From assembly GCF_003334315.1 (NCBI RefSeq), contig NZ_QOWR01000140.1: a stretch of 251 nucleotides of DNA; one strand, 5' to 3'. The notes under the pieces were generated by a model. That model did no database searches. It was not told where the DNA came from and saw nothing but the letters and a program-made list of their open reading frames with translations. The translations under genes were made by a program, and so were the position numbers. This DNA comes from Escherichia coli. GTDB taxonomy: Bacteria; Pseudomonadota; Gammaproteobacteria; Enterobacterales; Enterobacteriaceae. Position 1 is the first letter of the stretch; every line of letters starts with the position of its first letter. Positions 1 to 251 of the stretch are shown here, piece by piece.

Positions 1-251
1 CCGATGACTTTGTCATGCAGCTCCACCGATTTTGAGAACGACAGCGACTTCCGTCCCAGCCGTGCCAGGTGCTGCCTCAGATTCAGGTTATGCCGCTCAA
101 TTCGCTGCGTATATCGCTTGCTGATTACGTGCAGCTTTCCCTTCAGGCGGGATTCATACAGCGGCCAGCCATCCGTCATCCATATCACCACGTCAAAGGG
201 TGACAGCAGGCTCATAAGACGCCCCAGCGTCGCCATAGTGCGTTCACCGAA
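1..251 (-). CDS. insB: IS1 family transposase, InsB portion (the C-terminal part of the InsAB' frameshift fusion transposase); internal fragment, partial at both ends
   Basis: Seen in sequence: reverse-complement translation in the frame whose first codon is + positions 251-249 gives 83 codons with no stop: [83 protein letters not shown], plus a partial Gly codon at + positions 2-1. Established knowledge (recalled, not searched): this matches IS1 InsB residues ~75-157 of 167. The start codon lies ~222 nt beyond position 251 and the stop ~31 nt beyond position 1, both outside the window. Confidence 0.93.
1..251 (-). mobile_element. IS1 insertion sequence, internal segment only (no terminal inverted repeats, no insA, no frameshift site in window)
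   Basis: The nucleotide sequence corresponds, as far as I can recall base by base, to the reverse complement of the insB region of canonical 768-bp IS1. Isoform (IS1A/B/D/F/R, Shigella iso-IS1 and others) cannot be assigned from this fragment without a reference alignment. Confidence 0.92.

Noticed and set aside
4-16. Short inverted repeat atgac-ttt-gtcat (5-bp stem, 3-nt loop)
   Set aside because: Too short to distinguish from chance, lies inside the transposase coding sequence, and has no adjacent U-tract or known IS1 regulatory role that I can support.
88-114. Weak promoter-like hexamers on the + strand (gtatat near 109-114 with a poor -35-like ttatgc near 88-93)
   Set aside because: Poor match to sigma70 consensus, located in the middle of a coding region, and no supporting evidence. 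Such matches are expected by chance.
1-251. Possibility of a novel or undescribed system (defence system, CRISPR array, toxin-antitoxin, RNA gene) in this window
   Set aside because: The entire window is accounted for by a well-known IS1 transposase coding segment. There are no repeats with spacers, no RNA-gene-like structure, and no unexplained ORF beyond the likely spurious antisense frame.
1-251. Assigning a specific IS1 isoform or host (E. coli K-12, Shigella, plasmid R100/Tn9)
   Set aside because: Isoforms differ at only a few positions and I cannot verify per-base identity from memory. This needs a reference alignment.

Overview
The whole 251-bp window is an internal fragment of the insertion sequence IS1, read on the minus strand. 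It encodes 83 codons of the transposase InsB portion (InsB residues ~75-157 of 167, numbering recalled from memory), with the ORF running off both ends of the window. The window contains no inverted repeats, no insA, no frameshift site and no flanking DNA, so the insertion context cannot be assessed. I recognised the element from memory of the canonical IS1 sequence, not from a database search, and cannot verify per-base identity or assign an isoform. I see no evidence of a novel system here; the only oddity is a fully open antisense reading frame on the + strand, which I consider most likely non-functional.
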